Positions 34,516 through 46,988 of a DNA stretch of 64,000 nt are shown piece after piece. Within the stretch, counting starts at the first letter, position 1; every line of letters starts with the position of its first letter. This stretch comes from Eutreptiella sp. 'Long Island Sound 2002' (taxonomy: Eukaryota; Protista; Euglenida): contig OZ038378.1 of assembly GCA_964036045.1 (NCBI GenBank), positions 179,924,001-179,988,000 on the forward strand, in the 5' to 3' direction. The notes under the pieces are model-generated. The model did no database searches. It had not been told where the DNA came from and worked only from the letters and a program-made list of their open reading frames with translations. Both the position numbers and the translations under genes were made by a program.

Positions 34516-35418
34516 ATGTCCGATTTCTCCTACTGCAACCTCAGCACGAGCTTCCAGCAGAGCGCAGGCAGCGGGGATGACCCACTTGCCTCCCCCTTGA
34601 TGGCGTGTCTGGACTTGGACCAGTTCTATGTGCAAGTGGCCCGCCGTAAAGACGCGTCCCTGCATGGGGTCCCCGTGGGCATCTCCCAGAACCACGAGCT
34701 CGCATGCGTGTCCTACGAGGCCCGGGCGTGTGGGTTGTACAACAGGTGCATGGTCAGCGAGGCCCGTGCCAAGTGCCCCAACATCCGCATTGTGCCCTGC
34801 GACATGGAGGCGATCCGCCAGGCCTCTGCCCAGTTCTTCGCGTTCCTGCGGCAGCGGACGGGGCTGATGGTGGAGCGGGGCAGTATCGACGAGGCCTTCT
34901 TGGAGCTGACGCCGCTGCTTACCTCTGAGCGCCCATCGTCTGCTTCGTCGAGCAACGCCACCTTCGACGCGGCCTGTGCCAAAGGCCCCGCCTCTACCTC
35001 AGCCGCAGTCACAGGAGTGCCACCACCAACGCCAAAGCTGTCGGCAGCACCAGCGACACCAGCAGCACTGAGGGGAGCGGCAGCAGCTACTGCAGCAGCG
35101 CCACTGGCGCCAGCGCCTGCACAAGCAACAGTACTGCAAACATCACCAACACGGACGTCATCGACATCAATGACGGTATCGCCGCCACATCCCATGACGT
35201 TGCAGTCCCGTGATACGACTGCGCTCGAAGCGGCGTCCGCCTGGCGCGCCGCACCCGCCACCCTGCAGGCCCCGAGGGTCAAGGTGTTGGGCACGCCCCT
35301 CGACGAATACGATGCCCTCCTCCTGCGCGCGTCGGCGCTCCTTGAGGACCTGCGCGCCGCCGTCCGAGAGACGATGTGGTTCACTTGCTCCGCAGGGCTG
35401 GCGCCCACCAAACTGCAG
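34516..35418 (+). CDS. POLH: Y-family DNA polymerase (Pol eta-like), exon 1
   Basis: LDLDQFYVQV, CVSYEAR, VERGSIDEAFL and FTCSAGLAPTKLQ catalytic motifs. An A/P/T/S-rich insert follows SIDE. Donor CAG|GT at 35418/19. Candidate acceptor ctcag at 34495-99 upstream of the ATG. The subfamily assignment is tentative. Confidence 0.9.
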
Positions 35419-37049
35419 GTGCATGGTCCGTTGTGAAGTTGTGCGGTCCTCTGCGTTGCGGCCCCTCATTGGACGTTTACCTATTGTGCCAATAGTCATT
35501 ATTTGCAAAAATGAGTATTTGCCAGCACAAGGTGTTGTTTTACGCAAAAAGAAAAAAAACGCAAACAAAGATAATTTTCAGCTGCATGCCCTTCCCAAAA
35601 ATGACATACACACAAACAAAAGAATCGCATTTTTTGTGCCACCACCCCAAGGAGGTATTAGTGGCACCAAAATGAATAAAACATCCCCCCCCCCCCCTGA
35701 AAAAGGAGGCCAAACGCAATTTCCCTATTTTGGGTGCTGTCGCAAAAAAAAAAAAAGAAATAAAATAAAAAATAAAATTCAAAACACCCAATGCAAAAAT
35801 TAGTTTTCCGCAAAACGTTAATATTGGCACGGTCTCACGGAGATTGCATGCTCACTGAAAGAATCTGCTGTGATGGCACCAGGCACAAAAACCGGGCCAG
35901 AGTGTCTCACATTTCTGGACTCCCTGCCCCTCAAATCGATGTTCAAGGGGGCGGCTAAGCTCCTCCTCAAGCCTCTATCCGAGTCATTGGTTCTGATGGC
36001 ACTATTGGGACTAAAATGGAACATGCCATTGCAAACAATGCCGGCCAGAGGGGGTCCCCCTGGCACACCCATGGCCTGGGGTGCAGTTGCTCTGTGGGGA
36101 CCACCCCCTTTCACACGCCAAAAATGAATGGGGATGTGAGCATGGATAGGAGCAGGGCAATCAGTGGCAGCGCCATGGAAACACATTTAAAAAGTATGTT
36201 CTGCAGGCATAGGGGGCACAACTCGTCAACCGATCGCGAGCCTTTTTCTTTGGAGATGGGGGAGAGAATGGCCAGAGGCCAGCGCTCTGAGATCATCCCT
36301 GTCACGAGAAAGTGTTGAATCCGTCATCTTCCAGCCACATTTGCAATAAGACAATCCGACACAGATTAGATTTTTAGTCAGATTTTTTACAAGGAAGCCA
36401 AAATCAACACTGCATTTTGGGGATAAATCAAATCGTGATTGAAAATTTAATCAGCTTTGGTTGCAGCGTTGATTTGCATTCCCAATTTGGACATTTCGCA
36501 AACTGACTGAATATTCCGTCAGACTTGCTTCAAAGCTGTTTCTATACCCGACTCCGGGTGCAGTGCATTGCATATGAATATTATCCTTTTTTTTCGTGAT
36601 CTCATACCAGTAAATCAGTGGTTTTTAGTGGTAAACAACACTCATGTCGCGATCAACTATGACTTTGGTACTTTTGACTGCTTTCACTGTCAATTGGGGT
36701 GATCATAAACTGACATTGTTTTTGTGTGCTTGAGGGATGCTTAATTTCACTATAATGCAGTACGTCCGATTGCACACCTTGAATGCGCATTCACCTAGAG
36801 GACCACTTCAACGTTTCGTGCATCAATTTGCCACTAGATCCGTCGATGTGTCTTTCAATGGTCACCAGCAACTCTGCACCAATGGTGATGCATGCATTTT
36901 CTGCCGTCCAATACGTTGATTCCTCATACCACGCGGTGTGCACTGATGGAATGTCACATTCAACACCCCAACTTTGCCCTCCCATTTGGCGCATACCAAA
37001 TGGCCTCATTTCGGCTATAGTGGTCTAAAGGGAGGGGGGCGGGGGCAGC

Positions 37050-37330
37050 CTTGGACGCCTAAGTAGGAACAGAGCAAAGCAAACACTGCTATGTTCAGAT
37101 TTGCTACCGGTTGTACAAGGAATCACTGCAAAAGCCTAGAAGTGGTGGTGCCACGATTGGCAAGGCCCTGCCAAACGTGTGGGCCACATAGACTTGTGGA
37201 CAAAACTGCTTCAAGAAACGGAGTTGCAGGGGCCGGTATTGCCGTAGTTGCATGTTCTCTCACATCGGTATTGGCGGCAACACAAATGCCGACAAGTTGG
37301 CAGATCTCGGACGTAGGCAGTTCCCCTTGG
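37050..37330 (+). pseudogene. RNase H relic of an L1/Tx1-like LINE (intronic)
   Basis: VVQGITAKA*KW...VGHIDLWTKLL...*LHV.SHIGIGGNTNADKLADLG parallels the RNase H at 11400-11650. Confidence 0.7.
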
Positions 37331-37959
37331 TGAGGGGACGAGTACGGTGTCACCACATGGATAACTCGGGTACAGAGCCCGAATCCGCTTTGGATGCACC
37401 CGCAATGTGCACAATACGGTTGGGAGCGGGGGACCACGGGACCCCGCTCCCTGCCAGCCAAGGAACCGAAGGGGGAGGGGGGGAACCCCAACCCCCCATC
37501 CACACCCCACACTTGGAAGTCGCAGCCACCCCTCCCCATGGGGGCACCCGTCAGCTGGTGGATATCGAACAATGCACACCGCTCTCACGAGCGCCGTGCC
37601 TTTCCACATGCCATTCCACCCCCCGTTCCAACCGGTGCTCCAAGGCACAGTCGCGGTCACGGCCCAAGGACCAAACACAAGAAGGGGAAGGGGATGCCCA
37701 AATGGGGCCAGCAACCGCAATTGCCCACCCCCTGATGACCGTTGACCAGCGTACACGCCCCTCACCCTGTAGAGGAACAGCCCGGCAAGCCGATCGACCA
37801 GGCACACGGGCATACACGTGGCCGAATGTTTGCCACGCACAAAGCCTGACAGGTGACAACTAACTTGGTATAGTGGAAAAGGGAGGAACGGACCTTGACC
37901 ATGATCTAGCCATTGAACACTTGGAAAGCCACCACAACCATACGTACACGCCAAAAGAC

Positions 37960-38230
37960 CCATTTTCGTTCTAGCCTAGATGATGCTAGAACGCTAGAAC
38001 CAAAAAAGCGGGCATTACCCCAACCCCTGGGTGTGGGGTTTGGTTATACCAATGGTGGAACTTGGTCCCCTGGGACCATTTTAGGGGGTCCAAATCTCAT
38101 TTTTCAGAAAAACACATTTTTGACCGCGAACGGAAGACAAAAAAAAGTGTTCTAGCGACGCTCTAGCGCCGATCTAGTGTGGTCGCTAGAAAGTCGCTAG
38201 AACCGTCTAGCCCAGAACAAAATTGGAACA
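37960..38230. repeat. Small element with short inverted subterminal motifs and about ten CTAG sites
   Basis: gctagaa / ttctagc motifs are clustered at both ends (e.g. ttctagcgac vs gtcgctagaa). Confidence 0.5.
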
Positions 38231-38299
38231 AAAACATTCACGCAAGTTTCACATGTAAGGGACACCAAAGTGGGGCAGGGGGGGGGGGGCAATGCACAT

Positions 38300-38750
38300 A
38301 CACGCATAAAAATCAACACACTTGACACATGCATCGGCATATGTGCGCACCCAGCAAGAAGCTGAGCTTGAGGCTCCGGTGAAGGGAGTGCGTCTCTGCA
38401 TAAGCGTAGGGTGGCCAGTATGGCGTCTCGTGGGCGACAACGGGTCCGCTCTCAGCTAGGTGTCCGTGGTGAGGGCTGGGGCTAGTTTGCAACGCCACAA
38501 TCGACACCTCCATGGGCTTTTTTATTTACTTCAGCGCCGGGAGTCTTCCATGTATCTTGAGTATTTCTCAGGGGACCTTAACCCAGCGGATTCCCTGCCT
38601 AGGGTTGACTCCAATTGGAGTGGCCGTTTTGAGACTGCCTGCCTGCAAGCACAGGTTCGATATAAGGCTTTGGAGGCTTATCCGGACGTGCGTTCCCCTG
38701 TCTGGGTTCTTGGTTTTTCCAAAGGGCGTCGTGGGGCAGCCACCAACTTA
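38300..38750 (+). pseudogene. DIRS/Ngaro-type RNase H relic
   Basis: QQEAELEA.VKGVRL...LVGDNGSALS*V...YFSGDLNPADSLPR matches the ELxA / DN / NxAD-x-x-x-R RNase H pattern of tyrosine-recombinase retroelements. Confidence 0.6.
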
Positions 38751-41700
38751 GAGAGCTCTGCCCTAGGCTCTGCGGAACCATTGCGCGGCGGATTTTTTTT
38801 TATGCGAATGCTGGGTGAGTTGCTTTTGTCACTAGAGTGTGGGTTTTTGGGCCCCGGGGTGGTCAGGATCCTAACAGCCCTGTTGGTAAGGCCTTTTGGG
38901 GAAAGTGGCGAGAAAAACAGTGTCGGTGACCGTAATATGCCTGAATACTCTTGTTTTGCTTTGTGATTGAAACGACTGTTTGCTTTGCAAACTTGGGTTT
39001 CGTGTCATGCATATTTTATTTCATGGTTCACACTTGTTTTTAATATTTGCCCAAGGGCCCACGCGCCCACCCATATTGGGTAGGTGGTCCCGCCCACCCG
39101 CTCAGTGCAACGACCTGTGTTTGTACAGCATTTCTTGTGCCTTTGCGGACATGGACAGTGTCGGTGACCGTAATATGGAGGGGGGGTCAGAGGCGGAACA
39201 CAAACACCGCACAAACATGCCCTGAGTGTCGGGCTATCACCCCGGCTAGGGCTGCTCGGGGGAGAGCTTCTCCTTTTGCTTGGTGATGTGTGCTGCAGAT
39301 GGAGTAGGCTTCACCCACCTCTGTGTTTCGTGCTCCACAAAGGGCCGCGCAGCGCCTGACATGATTTTTGTTGGTCTTTTCACATGTGATGTGCACTGCC
39401 CGATTTCGAACAATTGTGCATCATATTTGCTAATAACACCTTTTGGAACATCTTGAGACACGTGCCAACACGTGCCAAAAAGTTTTGCGACACCTGCTGA
39501 CAACCACCAGAATTTTTCCAAACACATGTGACTGCTTGATGGGGTGTGGTGTGTTGCATGCAACAATAAGCGTGTAATTCCATGCATGGGATGCATTTCA
39601 TCACCCGCTTGACACGTGCCGACAACTGCCAAAATTTTTGTGACACCTGCAAACATCCGCCTCGGCAAGTGTTATTCACAAGTATATTGCGGATGCTCTT
39701 GTAGACTGTGTGGCTTTGTGACCCACAAGGACCAGGGCATGTCATGTGCCCAAGGTCGACTGCCAGTAGCGAGGTGCAATCTCACCGAAATCCCATCCCC
39801 ATATGTCCAACCAATCAGGCCATGTGCATGCAGAGGAACGCGGCGGCCAAAAGAATGTGTGCGTGCCCCCGTCACAACGTGGGGTTTTTGGTATCTGCCT
39901 TACGGCGTTGGCCACTCTGCCAACCTGCGCCTATCCTTCATCGTTGTGGCGATTCCGTCATGCGCCCTTGCTTCTTCATGTGCCCCACGGGCATCCGCCA
40001 CCTCAAACATGATTGCGGGGGCTATTGAGCCACGTACGTTTTGTCCATGGGGTAGACACGACTAATCAGTGCATCATCGAGGGCTCACTCTTAGTGAGAC
40101 GTTGTTGCGACAAGGCATTCGTTGGACAGGGGGAGGGGGGTGTCGCGCAACCCATCCGCACACAATCAACCAGGTGGAACGGTAAAAAAACGGGTCCCTC
40201 GCTTCGCGGGTCCATCATGAATGTCCAAACAGCTATCTTGGGCTCACTTGAAGCCGCATGTGGTTTTTGCAGCACACATCCAAATTTTTCAAAGCCCTCG
40301 GAGTCTTCACATGTGTTTGCATGTTGTAACAATGATTGTTGATGAGCGCTACACCCCATGTGCATGCAAAGGGTCTGCACTTGTGCAGATAGCTTGAGAG
40401 CGGTGTATGCTAGCAAGTACCCTATCGGTAATAGTAGGGGATCTTAGGTCGTTGTTTCAAACCTTCCGAGGCTGCTTGGGATGCCCTGTGGGGGCTGAGT
40501 CATCTGATCATTGAGACTGACGGGGGCACACGTGATTGGTATATCTAGCCAACCGATGGGACGCTAGGTGTTAGTTTTGACTTTGCTCGTTTTGGCAGGT
40601 GGTGGGACAACAAGGGAGGTGGGGCATGGGTGTGCCTTACCCCACTCTGCAACTCCTCGCCCCCAGAGTGCACTGTTTATGACCTACCGGTGCCGGGGAG
40701 GGAGAGGAGCTAACCCAGACATCTCAATTGGCAAACTGAAGGCAACATTTGGCAGGCTTGGTTTGCGTTGTAGTGGCAGCAAGGCAAAACAATCTACGAA
40801 TAAGGAGCCGAGTAAGTCTGGCATGAATATCGTGCTACTTAATTCAAAACCTGACATCATGGAACGTGGCCAACAAATGCCTTGTCTAGCTATCAATTCT
40901 GTCTGGACCGTAGTTTCTGGGGACCGAATTAATTTGGTACCAAGTTTAGGTACCCCGTGCCCCCTTTGTCCGCGTCGGATGGGTCTGGATAGGGGGGCTC
41001 CACCACCGGGTTTCGCTTTGGCGGATACCCCTCCCGGGGAAGGTGCGATATCCGGATGGGGCAGCGGTACTATTGCCATAACAAGTGCTACACACTTGGA
41101 GCTGCGGTGGGTGCGATGTTGTGTGGCAAGCCGCACGAGTCTCAGGACTTGCGGACCTGGCCCTGTGGTCTAGTGGCTCGGCCCTGACCTCGTGCATCAT
41201 GTCTCGGACTGTGCACCACTGCCCGTGTGCCTTTGACCATGTGACACAATGTGGGACCTGCAGTACTGCCACTACTCCACTGGATGCTGAGCGTAGGGCA
41301 CACAGTGCCCCCGGTCAGTACCATGAAATAACATGGTGTGTGTGCGTGTGTACGTGTGTGTGAAGAAAATGCAGGAGTGTGTGAGGATTCACCGCATCTG
41401 GGTTCTTCAGGGTCACTGATGTCTTGAAGCCCCGAGTCCAACACGGGGGAGCCTGTGACGCCCTGCAAGGTCAGCTGCGGTGGTAGAGGGACCCGGGGCT
41501 TAAGAAAAGCGTCAATACTGGCTGTGGACACTATGCGATTGCATCCCACCCCCCCCCCCCCCCCCCCACACACATTTGAGCCACCACAAAGCGAGGGGGT
41601 GGGCGGGCCGTGGGCTAGTTCCCTGTTGGGGACCAGGAAACAAGGAAGCAGACCTTTTGCTCCCCACCCCCCCCCCCCAGGCAGTTGCGGGACTAAATGG

Positions 41701-42099
41701 GTGACGGACCCGACACAGCCCCCCCCCCCCTGGCCCCCAGCACAACCTTTGCACCCTTGAAGCAGGCTGGCACATGGCAAGCGAGGTTGCTCCCCTCACG
41801 GAAGGGGCGAGGGCGCTGGAGGTCGAGAACTTTGGGATCTGGGACCCGCATGTTCACCCAGCAGGTGGTCCTCTTTTTCCGAAGATGGAGATAACAAGCA
41901 AATGAGCGAATAGGTAGACTCCCCCTCTCTTAGGATGAGCCCCCCCCCTCCCCCCCCCCCCCCCCCTGCCAGCACCCACACTCCCAGTGTTAATGGAGTC
42001 GGTGCCTTGTGGGCTTGGAAAAGTGGTGGCCGTGAAGGGCTCACAGCTACAATGTTGTTAGTATCCCTAGAGCGGCATGCCTAGGGAACCTCCACGTGT

Positions 42100-42650
42100 G
42101 CGCGCCCCTCCAACCCCTACACAAACACCTGTGCCACCACAGCCCCGTGCAATTTTGTGCACTTGTGGGTGACCCTTGGAGGCCGGTCGGCCGCCACCTG
42201 ACCCTTGCCCCCCCCGTCCCCCCCAACGGAGAGCCCATTCGGGTGTGGTGCCCTCTGGGCCCCCTCGTCTACGCGCGCCGTAGCGGCCTGTGCAGCTGGC
42301 ACCGGCAGCACCCAGGGCAGGGAAGCACTCTGTGCACCTTGGGGCCCCTCCACCTGCGCCATGAGCCGTGGGGAGCCAGACCCAGCCCACGTGGCAACAC
42401 CACCCGTGCCGAAGGCATTCAAGGAGTGTAGGTCTGACCCTAGTTGTGCCACGTACCACCGCCTTCCCGTGCTGCCAAGCAGTCGTGGAGCGGTTGGGTC
42501 GCTTGTCCTTGTGACGCGGAGGTTGTGAGCCCACGCCCACATCTCCCCCTCACCGAACACCCACGTACGGCCGCCCAGTCGGGTTCTGCAGGGAAGGCAG
42601 CGTGGACCGTGGGTAGGCGACCGTGAGGCCTTGACCCAACCAACCCAAAC
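42100..42650 (-). pseudogene. Possible tyrosine recombinase relic (DIRS-like)
   Basis: Frameshifted pieces CLRHG / GVATWAGSG / WRRWR resemble the HSLRxGGA...GRW end of YR domains. Confidence 0.35.
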
Positions 42651-42684
42651 GTGAGGCCTTGACCCAACCAACCCAACCAACCAA

Positions 42685-45600
42685 CCCCCCTTTGTGTAAG
42701 CTACGGCAGGCGTAGGGACCGTATTAATTCCGTACCTAATTTAATTCGGTACAAAAAGTTGTGCAACCACAGAAGACATGGTTTTGGTGACAAATCTGCC
42801 AGTTGCATGGAGTCATGGACCCATTGTGATTGTTTGCCCACTCGAACCCACAAAGCTATGATTTTGGGGATATTTGTGCAATATCTTCCCCTATGTCGGT
42901 GGTGGCGTGTGTGCCTGTAGTTGTACGTGTTGCGCGCAAGCTACCCTAACCTGGCCTTGTCTAAGCTACAGTAGTTCTTGTATGTCGAAGTCGATTTTGA
43001 GACCGCGCCGCGCCTGGTCACGACTTTCGGTCGTTACCCTCAGTTTGCCCTCTTGCCCTTGCGTTGGTACACAGGCCAAGAGGTAGACACAGCGGAAGTG
43101 CGTCTCAAAGTGACGATGGAGCGGTCTTTTCGGGACAAGCACATGCCATTCTTTTACGCGTATGTTTTCGGGCCTTGTGGGAACTGGGGGAGGTGTTCAC
43201 CCCGGGGAAGGGGAGCTTACAGATTATGCACTCCAAGCGCATACAGGTGGGGCAAGCACCCCATGCTTCCGGCACGTCTGAGGCCTGTGTGGTGGCCTCT
43301 AAGCTGCCCCCTGTGAGGGCCTTAGCCGTTTGTTCATCGCGAATCTCAAGCCCCATCATCGTCAGCCAATCCTCCATATTCTTCTCCACAAATGAAAGGC
43401 AATCTTTCATAAGGCAAGAATTTGTGCGGACCGTCCTCCTCACACAAGGTACTGGCCAACGTGATTTTGTGGTGGATAAGTGCCAATTTCATATTGGCGA
43501 CATTGGATCCAAGACCTGGATGGTCACAAGTTCCAAGGTCAGAGACCTCCCGGGGAAGGTCTTACAGGCGGCATCCACTGGCACTGTCATAGTACCCATC
43601 TTGCAACAAGAATATCGGTCTAAGTGTGCCCAGGCCCGGTCCAAGGGCAAGGGACGTGGGAAAGCACGTGGCTCGGGCACGGGGGGCCGTCGTCATCGGA
43701 GCTCTTGGAGGCCATGGGGCCGTCAATCATGAACAGTTGCTGCCTTGGCGACCATACCGAGAGGGGAGGGGCGTAGGGGCGAGTCGCTGGGTTCAGAGTG
43801 TGGTATTGGTAACGGCTATTTTAACCACATCCGTAGCATAGCATAGTGGAAGTGCACTGGGACTTCGCGGCGGAGGCCCAGCGGGGGGGCGGCCGGCCCC
43901 GGTCCTTGTATGCCAACCCCCCCCCCCCCCCTTGGTTTTGAGAGATAGTGGGTTGGGGGCATGGCGCCAACGGCGCCCCCCTTTTTTTTGCATGGCGCCA
44001 CCGGTGCCCCCCTTTTTTAGTGTATGCTTCCTTTTCAGCAAACCATCAGTGCTTCTGAGCGCCAGATATCGCAAGACGAGGCACTATACAAATTTCATTG
44101 GTTGCGAGGTGCTTTCCAGCGGAGATGAGCAAGACAGGCCACTATACAAATGTTGTTTGTTGCTAGCTGAAGAGCCTGCCTTCGGAGCAAAACCCCGGCC
44201 CGAGTGTAGCGCCAAATTCTTTCTGGGGCGAACGCACTGCGTTCATTCTTGCTTTCCTGAACACCGAATAGGGTATTGATAGTACGTTGCGTTTCGTCGT
44301 TGGTGTGTCCCCTTTGAAGCGTGTGCCATGTGCAGTGCAGTGCAGTGCAATGCAAGATTTGCGAGGCAACAGTGCCACGCGTGTGCATGTGTACACATGT
44401 GGGTCAGCACCTTCTACGAAAGGAGTGTGTCAAGGGTCAAGAAGAGATTTCTTTGGCCACCGCTTGCGGGTTTTGTGGCGATTGTGTCACTTGCTCCACC
44501 CAGGTCGTGATGCGTAACAAGCGGACACATGCCTTGGTCACCCTCATGATCTTTGACTGTCCCAGTCAACCAGCTAAGCTGCGCTGCAACACGCTTGCCT
44601 AAAGATCCGAAAGCAGCCCGTGCACGAATCATCCTGTGCGGTGTCCCCTATGCACAAAGACAATTTGGTCATACTGCATGGCACAGCGCTATGCAGATGT
44701 GCATGACACTGCACGGCACCCTGATTTGATGCACATTGCAAAGGCAAAGCAAGAGGCGGTACTGAATTGGGTGCCTCACAAGGCAAAGAAAAAAATCGGG
44801 GCAATGCACCTGCATAGGCTGATGATGCCCAGTCTGATGCAGCGGCCTCATCTGTACCTGGCGACGTTGCTTCATCGTTATCAAGCTTGCATCCCCTACC
44901 TTTGCCCCAGTCAAAGCCTCCTGCTTGCCCAAGTGAGTCCGAGGCAACGACCTCTGGGGCTGAGCGATCTCGTCCGCTGAAAAGCGTCGGGAAGCGCATC
45001 AAGAAGAGGCGGGACGAAGCCCAACGGGAGCTTCAGTCAAAGCGCGCCCGCCGAGACTCCTCCTCCTCCTCCTCAGAGGGGGAGCTTTTCAAGGACCTCT
45101 AAGCAGAAGTCCATCCATTTTTTCTTTTAACGCCCAACTGTAACCAAGCCTCAGGAATTTTTCTCACAAACTAACCGGGGGGCGCGGGGCAACAAGGGGG
45201 GAGGGGGAAGGGGGGAGGGGGGTAACACGGCGACCCTTAAGATTTTCTTCTCGGCAATGACGAGAAAGCGAAATTATCGCATACATACCTCCGTACCCCC
45301 AAACCCCCAGACCCCCCCCCCCCCCAAGGAGGTATGCATGTGGTAGTAGTGGGTCACGTGCAAGCCCCCCCACCTTGGGACCCCCCCCCCCACGGCCAAA
45401 ATCCCCCCCCCCTACATCCCCCAGCCGACCCCCCCCCCCACAACTACCCCCCCCCCCCCCAGAGTTTTGACAGATAGCTGGGGGGTGGTCGCATCAGGAC
45501 CGTTGGTAGTCCCCCCCCCTTGGTTCGAACCCCGGCGTGTAGGTTGTGGCGCCGTCGGGTTTAGGGCTAGTTTTTTCTTCTCAGGTCGTGCGGGAGATGC

Positions 45601-45898
45601 GGGGGGTGGGTCGGGCGGATATGTACTCAACAATCCTGATCGCCTAAAGGCGCCGAGACCCTATCCATCAGGGCAGGAGTGCAGATGCACAGGATGTGCA
45701 CGCACACGTGAGGGCGACTGCGCCACCTTGCTGGACACTTGGGCGCGGCTCCGCCACGTGCTGGACATCTGAACAATGATTTCCTGCCGCTGGGATACCG
45801 GGGCTGACGGCCATCGTCGGATTATGGCTAAGCTACAGTAGGCGTAGGGACTGTATCAATTCCGTACTTTTGTGTAGCTCAGACAAGGGGGGGGGGGG
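42685..45898 (+). mobile_element. Family A MITE split by a 2853-bp insertion
   Basis: Left end cccccctttgtgtaagctacg plus an internal block like 13781-14145. The right end ...cttttgtgtagctcagacaag-G-run resumes at 45828. Confidence 0.75.
42975..45827. mobile_element. Unclassified insertion flanked by a perfect 14-bp direct repeat
   Basis: CTAAGCTACAGTAG at 42961-42974 and 45828-45841. No TIR and no poly-A tail. Short, partly Cys-rich ORF remnants. Confidence 0.7.
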
Positions 45899-45909
45899 CA
45901 CTGAATTAA

Positions 45910-45993
45910 ATAGGCACCGAACAGCGTGTCCAACGAACACTCTTGTTTGGATTATTTTTTAAGGACGTTATTGTTCACTGGACACGGGGAGGG
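45910..45993 (+). mobile_element. Family B MITE right end
   Basis: gcaccgaacagcgtgtccaac...ttcactggacacggggagggg is similar to 3224-3305. Confidence 0.6.
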
Positions 45994-46160
45994 GTCCGTT
46001 GGAAACAACACCCTGATCCAACACCTTGGGACAGTGCGTGATGTGAGATTGTGTGTTGATTTGTGAGTGCCGCACACTTGTCCTATGCATCCTTCCAGCG
46101 CTGCCCCCTCCCACTTCCTGAATCTCCTCCTCTCACCCCATGTCTCACGCCATCGTGCAG

Positions 46161-46988
46161 GCAAAGGTCGTATGTGGCAGCCACAAGCCCAACGGCCAGG
46201 CTGTCCTCTTGCACAGCCACGCCCCCCATTTCTGGGCGGCCCTCCCCATCCAGCACGTCCCCGGCATCGGCCCAACGCTCCAGAAGGCCCTGTCGGACAG
46301 CGGCGTCGCGGTGTGCGGGGACGTTGAGGGCTGGGATGCCATGCTGCTGACCATGACCGTGGGCGCCCGCAAGGCCGCAGAGGTGGCGCGGCTTCTCCGC
46401 GGCTGCGACACCTCCGCCGTGCGGGATGCGCAACCGCAGAAAACCGTGACGGTTGACCAGAGCTGCCGACCGGCGACCGCGCCGTACAGCGCCTGCGACA
46501 CCTTCGCCGACCTGGGGGCCGCGGTGGGCGCCGCATGCGGCGTGCTGTGCACACGGCTGCAGGGCCTGCGGCGCACCGCGCGCCGGCTCACGGTCAAATA
46601 CCGCATTTACCAGCAGCGCTACTCGTGTGTGTCGCGGACGTGCGCCGTGCAGCCGCTCGTGTTTGCCTCGCCGGAGAACCTGTCGGCCAAAGCGATGGCG
46701 CTGTACCGGGACATGGCCACGGAGCCTTTGCAAATGTCGCGCATCATTTTGACGGCGTCGGAGCTGCTGCCAGAAGCAGGCCACAGCGACCTCAGGCCTG
46801 CGGGGCTGCACTCTGGGGCTGAGGGCACGTGCGCAGGGGCGGCCGCATCGAGCGGCTCTGGGCAAAGCACATTGCCAGTGCAGGGCCTGCCCAATGGCCG
46901 GGCGAAGCAGCGCAGCGCGGGCAGTCTCGGACCGGGGGACGGGCAGAGGGCGGTGAAGCAGCAACGGATCACGGCGTTCTTCAAGTGA
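46161..46988 (+). CDS. POLH: Y-family DNA polymerase exon 2: thumb, little finger and C-terminal PIP box
   Basis: HKPNGQ, LPIQHVPGIG (HhH), ARRLTVKYR, MSRIILTASEL. Ends QQRITAFFK*, which fits the QxxIxxFF PIP consensus. Confidence 0.9.
   Translation, partial: AKVVCGSHKPNGQAVLLHSHAPHFWAALPIQHVPGIGPTLQKALSDSGVAVCGDVEGWDAMLLTMTVGARKAAEVARLLRGCDTSAVRDAQPQKTVTVDQSCRPATAPYSACDTFADLGAAVGAACGVLCTRLQGLRRTARRLTVKYRIYQQRYSCVSRTCAVQPLVFASPENLSAKAMALYRDMATEPLQMSRIILTASELLPEAGHSDLRPAGLHSGAEGTCAGAAASSGSGQSTLPVQGLPNGRAKQRSAGSLGPGDGQRAVKQQRITAFFK

Larger units (their letters stand above)
35419..46160 (+). other. 10,742-nt GT-AG intron containing nested TE relics
   Basis: Splicing gives APTKLQ|AKVVCGSHKPNGQ, matching the Y-family NK.LAK.A...KPN.Q motif, phase 0. 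Confidence 0.9.

Noticed and set aside
39900-41150. Several 100-200-aa ORFs in the polymerase intron
   Set aside because: No recognisable motifs in any frame, so not assigned.
45522-45533. tRNA gene at GGTTCGAACCCC
   Set aside because: B-box only. No A-box or cloverleaf could be built.
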